From: an uncultured archaeon
GTDB taxonomy: Archaea; Asgardarchaeota; Heimdallarchaeia; Heimdallarchaeales; Heimdallarchaeaceae
DNA: 12,490 nucleotides
Direction of reading: 5' to 3'
Assembly: GCA_964549075.1 (NCBI GenBank)
Contig: CAZJUB010000075.1
Location: 1 to 12,490 of the forward strand
The position numbers and the translations under genes are program-made. A model generated the notes under the pieces. That model searched no databases, was not told where the DNA came from, and saw only the letters and a program-made list of their open reading frames with translations. Shown in pieces: positions 7,723-12,490 of the stretch; the stretch's first letter is position 1; each line of letters begins with the position of its first letter.

Positions 7723-10311
7723 GTGTATAAAGTGGAAAACATAGTTAAGAAATGCATAATTTCTTTATCTCTAATCGTTATTGTAACTAGTACAATTGTT
7801 CCTATTTTACTCTCACAGGATACTAAATGTCAGAACTGTACTAATATTGATGATTCTAACACTCTCATCAAATCCAAGTGGGATAATATCTCTTTTATCC
7901 TAATTAATGATAGTCTACGAACTGTCAGTGATTTCTCTGGGAAGACACTTCTTTTGGAGTTTTCCTCTTCTACTTGTCCTGATTGTATTAACCAACTTCC
8001 TGCTTTGAGAGATTTTTATGATTTGATGATTGATAATGATTCTTTCGTTCTTCTCACGCTCTTCCTTGATCTCTCCTCTCAAAGCGAACTTCTTGATTAT
8101 TCTATTTTCAACAATATCTCTTGGTTTGTAGGTTCTATTAATTCTGCTAATTACTCTTCTCTTGATCTTTTCTCTATCCCCAGTTTTCATCTCTTCAATT
8201 CTACAAGTCACGAAATCAAAACTGCACAACATTCAATGTCTTTTGGAAGTTTGGTTGATTTCGTTGGCTACACTCTTCCTCCTTACTTTAATCTAGGTGG
8301 GAAAATCTATCATGAACACAAATCTACTCTACCAACCTATTCTCCCTTTTCTTCTGATTTTCTCTTCAGAATTTTCACTTCTAACACCTATTCTCTAGGA
8401 GACACTCGCAATTTTTACTGTCTTTCAACTGGAACAACTTATCGAACACTTTCTGCACAAGTTGTTAATATCACAGACCATGCTTATTTTTTTACTGAAT
8501 CAGCTATTATCACTAGTCTTGGTCTAGGCAATGTTGTTGAAAGAATTTCTTCTGATGTAGAACGTTTCGATAGTGATATTTATTCTATCGAAACAACAGT
8601 CTTTGGTTCTGTTGAAGGTTCCTTTGGAAATATAGGGGATGGAAAGGTTATTGTTCTTTACGCTGTTCTTCCTACTGGTTGGGCAGGATATTTCGATCCC
8701 TATAATGAGTATCCTCAAGAAGTCCTTGATGGTTACTTTTCTAACGAATGGGAGATGGTTTATCTTGATTATATTGATAGTTTTGAAACTACTCTCGCTC
8801 ACGAGTTCCAACATCTCATCCATTTCAATCACGACCCTCATGAGTCCATTTGGTTCGATGAAGGATGTTCAGAGTTAGCTGGTTTCTTAACTCATTCTAT
8901 ACCTGAAGAATGGGAAAATATTACTTCATTTGTTCTACAATTCAGTTTCAGTTATGATGATTCTCTTATTTTCTGGAACTATTTCAGTGATGGTGGGAGA
9001 GATGTGAGAATCGATTATGGAGGAGCTTATCTTTTCCTTCTTTACTTCTATGAACAATTCAACACTTCTGCCTTATCATTACTTGTTCAAGATACTCAAA
9101 CAGCTGTTATTAGTCTTACAGCTTTTCTTGCTTCCTATAATATGACGTTTAATGAGTTCTTTCTCAACTGGCAAACTGCTTTGATTGTGCATGAATTTAC
9201 ATGTAAAGAATATGTTTTAGAGAGCACTTTTCTCAGATTAAATTCTCTCAAAACTCTCTCAACTGAGAAAGTGGAGCAGATTTCTGTACCATATTATGGT
9301 TCATATGGAATTACGATAAACTTGGTTGAGCAGTTTGAGATAACCATCAGTAATCCTTACAGCTCTCATTTAGGAGTTGTAATTCTCACTTATTCAAATA
9401 CTACTCTTGTTAATATAGACCATCTAGAGATCTGTAATCAAAGTCTAACATTGAATACCCCAGAAGTCTGTTCCCACATACAAATTATATTTTCCAAACT
9501 TGATGTTAACCATCCCTCTATTTCCAGTGGACTTGGTTTAGGTCCTTCAGCTACACTTTATGTTAGCACTATTAATCCATTCAAATTATCTATCAATCAA
9601 CCTATCATCAATCAGAACTCTACTTCTTTAACTATCTCTGCTTTGAGCATTTACTTTATCAATGGAACTGACATTTTCTTTTCTTCAGCAGAGGATTGTG
9701 TTAAAATTAGAGTATATTCTGAAAAAGTCGAATGTGATTATTTTCTGGAGTTTAATCCTTCTTTATTCAGAGGATGGGGAATAATCATCAATCTTTCTGA
9801 CTACTCTCCGGGTACATATAATTTGGAACTAATAGTAAATTCTTCCTCTTTCTATAACATTTCTCAATACTTGACTTCATTTGATATCAGTTTAGATTTA
9901 GAGCTTTCTTTTCCTAACTTCGGATATGATTCGTCTAACTCCTCTATCCAGATTAGTATTGACATATATTCTTCCTTTACTAATAGAGTTCTCATTTCTG
10001 AGCTTTTAGTTATTGCGTATGTTTTTTCAATAGATAAAAAATTCTATAATTCGTTTCAACTTTTCAGTCAAGACTATTTTACGTGGAATATCTCTTTATC
10101 TCTTGAATCTTTTGAGAAAAATTATTATTATGTTGTCATCTTCGCAACCTTTGAGACACAAGAATTCCATTCTTTACCATCAGATTTATTGTTTATTGAT
10201 TTACTCCCCACTTCTCAATCAAACTTCACCGTTATTCCTCTCTTTCCTTTCTTCATTATTTTCACTGTAAGATTTATAATTGAAAGACGATATAGGAGTA
10301 AGATAGTATGA
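7723..10311 (+). CDS. Secreted, membrane-anchored thioredoxin-like (TlpA-type) + HExxH zinc metallopeptidase (gluzincin, M30-like) fusion
   Basis: N-terminal signal or TM segment. DFSGKTLLLEFSSSTCPDC (C85/C88) plus an SIPSF cis-Pro motif indicate a TlpA-like fold. TLAHEFQHLIH (aa360-364), WFDEGCSE (E380) and DYGGAYLF indicate a gluzincin peptidase. A beta-rich C-terminal region ends in a hydrophobic stretch and basic tail. The start is GTG 7723 (alternatively GTG 7732), with TTTATATA at 7661-7668. Confidence 0.8.
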   Translation: MYKVENIVKKCIISLSLIVIVTSTIVPILLSQDTKCQNCTNIDDSNTLIKSKWDNISFILINDSLRTVSDFSGKTLLLEFSSSTCPDCINQLPALRDFYDLMIDNDSFVLLTLFLDLSSQSELLDYSIFNNISWFVGSINSANYSSLDLFSIPSFHLFNSTSHEIKTAQHSMSFGSLVDFVGYTLPPYFNLGGKIYHEHKSTLPTYSPFSSDFLFRIFTSNTYSLGDTRNFYCLSTGTTYRTLSAQVVNITDHAYFFTESAIITSLGLGNVVERISSDVERFDSDIYSIETTVFGSVEGSFGNIGDGKVIVLYAVLPTGWAGYFDPYNEYPQEVLDGYFSNEWEMVYLDYIDSFETTLAHEFQHLIHFNHDPHESIWFDEGCSELAGFLTHSIPEEWENITSFVLQFSFSYDDSLIFWNYFSDGGRDVRIDYGGAYLFLLYFYEQFNTSALSLLVQDTQTAVISLTAFLASYNMTFNEFFLNWQTALIVHEFTCKEYVLESTFLRLNSLKTLSTEKVEQISVPYYGSYGITINLVEQFEITISNPYSSHLGVVILTYSNTTLVNIDHLEICNQSLTLNTPEVCSHIQIIFSKLDVNHPSISSGLGLGPSATLYVSTINPFKLSINQPIINQNSTSLTISALSIYFINGTDIFFSSAEDCVKIRVYSEKVECDYFLEFNPSLFRGWGIIINLSDYSPGTYNLELIVNSSSFYNISQYLTSFDISLDLELSFPNFGYDSSNSSIQISIDIYSSFTNRVLISELLVIAYVFSIDKKFYNSFQLFSQDYFTWNISLSLESFEKNYYYVVIFATFETQEFHSLPSDLLFIDLLPTSQSNFTVIPLFPFFIIFTVRFIIERRYRSKIV

Positions 10312-10964
10312 AGAGCCAGAGATATGTAGTCTTTCTCATCATTCTTTTCTCACTACCTTTAGCTGTCTCTCCTTTCCTTTCTGAAGCTAAGGTTTTTGTT
10401 GGTGATATTGCTTCAACAGATAATGATAATTTATTTGAACTGAGTATTTCAGTTGACCTTTATTGGCATTCTGGTTATAATACCATCAATACAACTGTTA
10501 CTCTTCTTCATCTTGATTCCCAATGCAGTAAAGTAACTTATTTCAGACTCTATTTTCGAATAGGGAAAAGAACCGAGTATTATAGTAATCCAGGAACTTT
10601 AGATTCTGTCGGTTCTTCTTGTTTTCTTTCTACTGCAGTTTTTTACAAACCTCTTTATGGCAGAGAACAACTGAGTTTTTACTGTAAACATACTTTGGTT
10701 TACAAAGACAGTTCTACTGAACGATGGGGAACTGAATGGAATAAACTTACTCACATTAACGCTGATACTTTCTTTGGCCATTATGGGTATATTCTATACA
10801 CTCTTTTCGCAGTTGTGGGGCTCTCTGGAGTCTATCTTGTCTATTGGTTTCGTCACAGAATATTTCGAAAATCCCATGTGCAAATCTTAAAATGCTCAGA
10901 ATGTGGATATGAAATTCAAGCAGATGATAATTTTTGTGCTGAGTGTGGAACAAAAGTAGGATAA
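10308..10964 (+). CDS. Single-pass membrane protein with signal peptide and cytoplasmic C-terminal zinc ribbon
   Basis: Signal peptide (MKSQRYVVFLIILFSLPLAV...AK), a TM helix at ~aa160-181, and C-terminal CSECG...FCAECG. ATGA overlap with the upstream stop codon (10308-10311). Confidence 0.85.
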   Translation: MKSQRYVVFLIILFSLPLAVSPFLSEAKVFVGDIASTDNDNLFELSISVDLYWHSGYNTINTTVTLLHLDSQCSKVTYFRLYFRIGKRTEYYSNPGTLDSVGSSCFLSTAVFYKPLYGREQLSFYCKHTLVYKDSSTERWGTEWNKLTHINADTFFGHYGYILYTLFAVVGLSGVYLVYWFRHRIFRKSHVQILKCSECGYEIQADDNFCAECGTKVG

Positions 10965-11183
10965 TTAGTGATTTGTAGCAAGATAAAAATCATTACTATT
11001 TTTCCATGTTGTTATATTGATATTTATTCAGTTACAATTCATTTTTGTTTAATATTTTCTAATTCACTGACTAGTAATTTCTTCTTCATTGACTTTATGT
11101 AGCAATAAATGAGGAGATTGTTAAAAGTATAATATAAATCTACATAAAATATAATGAAATTTTTGTATTCATATCTGTTTTTG

Positions 11184-11194
11184 AAAATAAAAAA
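11184..11194 (-). terminator. Possible oligo-T terminator for the 11224-11751 gene
   Basis: Minus strand reads TTTTTTATTTT about 30 nt after the stop codon. T-runs are common here. Confidence 0.25.
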
Positions 11195-11223
11195 CCGAAC
11201 TATAGAATGTTAATTTTTTTCTT

Positions 11224-11751
11224 CTATTTTTGTCTTTTTTTTCCAAATCCTCTATTCCTTCTTGAATTCATTATTATATTCATTATAGTATATAAATTTT
11301 CGATTAGTTCTCTAATCTCATTACTTATATCGCTCTTGTCTTTTGTTTGTGTACTAACAACGTTGTGGATTATTAGTCCTGTTAATTTTGCCCAACCATC
11401 AAATATCTTATCAATCTTAATAATATCTGAATGATTTGGTTTTAATTGTATGAGAATTTTGTTTTTAAGTATATCAAGTGAAATTTTTAACTCAGAACAT
11501 GAATTTAGAAGTTTTCTTCTGATACTTTCAATTTCTTTGTCTTCTAGATTATCTGCAATAATCCAGTCTTCCCATATGTCTGATAAACTTCCAATACTCA
11601 ACATAAGTTTGCTTGTTTCTCGTATCAGGTTTTCCTTTGTTTTTGTGAAAATTCGTTTTTCTTGCCATCTATTTGCAAACCATCCGGCTAATATTATACC
11701 TAAAATAGTGAATGAACCTGCTATGACACTTGATAACCAATCATTTGACAT
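11224..11751 (-). CDS. Hypothetical protein with a single N-terminal TM helix and helical soluble domain
   Basis: 175-aa ORF with hydrophobic SVIAGSFTILGIILAGWFA followed by amphipathic helices and a basic tail. SD-like AGTGAT precedes the ATG. Confidence 0.75.
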   Translation of the reverse strand: MSNDWLSSVIAGSFTILGIILAGWFANRWQEKRIFTKTKENLIRETSKLMLSIGSLSDIWEDWIIADNLEDKEIESIRRKLLNSCSELKISLDILKNKILIQLKPNHSDIIKIDKIFDGWAKLTGLIIHNVVSTQTKDKSDISNEIRELIENLYTIMNIIMNSRRNRGFGKKRQK

Positions 11752-11817
11752 TTTATCACTTTATTATATAATATGGTTTTAAAAACTTATGCAGGAAATT
11801 GTAAGTTCTCTGCAAAG

Positions 11818-11825
11818 TATATATA
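11818..11825 (+). promoter_or_regulatory. Putative BRE-TATA promoter, probably giving a leaderless transcript
   Basis: gcaaagTATATATA ends 22 nt before ATG 11848, and no SD motif is visible in between. Confidence 0.5.
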
Positions 11826-11847
11826 ATGGTTCATATTATTTGTTTTT

Positions 11848-12372
11848 ATGTCATCTTCGAAAATAGCAATTTTACAGGAATTCATCGAAAAGATCCAAGA
11901 GACATCAAAAAAAGAACAGGAAGTATTTATTTCTCAAGAACAACTTGAGAAAAAACCAAGATTCTTTAAAAATAGAAGAGCTGATTTCTTCATGATAATT
12001 GATGAAAGTGGTTTGCCAATATCTAGTGCAGGGGAATTACCTTCTGGTTTTGATCTTTCATTAGCTTCTGGATTTTTTGTAGCTTTGACCACTTTTAGCA
12101 GCGAAGTCTTCTCAATAAATAATGATATGGAATACATGATTTCATGTGATTCATCCATAATATTCCTACGTTTTAAAACATATCATTTCATTGCTGTCAT
12201 AAGAAATTCAAACAGAACCGTTCTAAAAAGAATTAGAAAAAAAATTGAAAAATTTGCTTACCAATTTCACATTAATTATGAAGGTTCATTCAATGAAAAT
12301 GTAGTATTTACTATAGATGAAAATGAATTAGAACCTTTTCTTAGGAAATTTTCGTTTGTTAAAGGATATTAA
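11848..12372 (+). CDS. Longin/roadblock-like (profilin-like fold) small protein
   Basis: Pattern FFMIIDESGLPI...LASGFFVALTTFSSEV...beta strands...long C-terminal helix, typical of the longin/roadblock-like domains expanded in Asgard archaea. A charged N-terminal helix precedes it. Confidence 0.7.
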   Translation: MSSSKIAILQEFIEKIQETSKKEQEVFISQEQLEKKPRFFKNRRADFFMIIDESGLPISSAGELPSGFDLSLASGFFVALTTFSSEVFSINNDMEYMISCDSSIIFLRFKTYHFIAVIRNSNRTVLKRIRKKIEKFAYQFHINYEGSFNENVVFTIDENELEPFLRKFSFVKGY

Positions 12373-12490
12373 TATATTTTTTAAAACTTTAACAATATGA
12401 GATGCTCTTTTATAAAACCATGTTCTAAGTATATATTTCGCCAATATTGCACACGGTAACTCCTCTGTCATCGGTACCAAACTTGCTTTG

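Noticed and set aside
730-11118. TCATTGACTT and TGAGGAGAT both occur at 730-747 and at 11086-11118
   Set aside because: The matches are only 9-10 bp with different spacing, and the second AGGAG leads only to a 4-codon frame. Likely chance.
698-12158. Short shadow ORFs (698-919, 2308-2541, 5528-5773, 7915-8232, 8524-8841, 8639-8878, 10599-10781, 10756-10953, 11207-11434, 11450-11782, 11934-12158)
   Set aside because: All overlap longer ORFs with clear motifs or better protein-like composition, and none has a recognisable motif.
12373-12490. Possible 3' end of a convergent minus-strand gene (e.g. ..QSKFGTDDRGVTVCNIGEIYT* ending ~12425)
   Set aside because: Two minus frames are open and there is too little sequence to choose between them or assign a product.

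Overview
AT-rich window, most likely archaeal and Asgard-like (inferred from a longin/roadblock-type small protein, a secreted-domain/TM/zinc-ribbon protein and TATA-type promoters). A truncated minus-strand hypothetical gene (1-275) diverges, across a repeat-rich intergenic region, from five plus-strand genes. These are: (i) a DUF4389-like x2 + CPBP/Abi intramembrane protease; (ii) a 661-aa HD-superfamily phosphohydrolase; (iii) a 1056-aa 2TM-STAND(NACHT-like)-TPR protein with NLR/Avs-like architecture and degenerate hydrolysis motifs; (iv) a secreted, membrane-anchored thioredoxin(TlpA-like)-HExxH metallopeptidase fusion; (v) a translationally coupled membrane protein with a C-terminal zinc ribbon. 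A small single-TM protein (minus) and a longin/roadblock-like protein (plus) follow. The best candidate for an undescribed system is the adjacent HD + TM-STAND-TPR pair, possibly with the CPBP protease. It looks like an NLR-type immune or signalling module and differs in base composition from its neighbours. No rRNA, tRNA, CRISPR array or transposase was recognised. All domain calls come from motifs read by eye, not from database searches.
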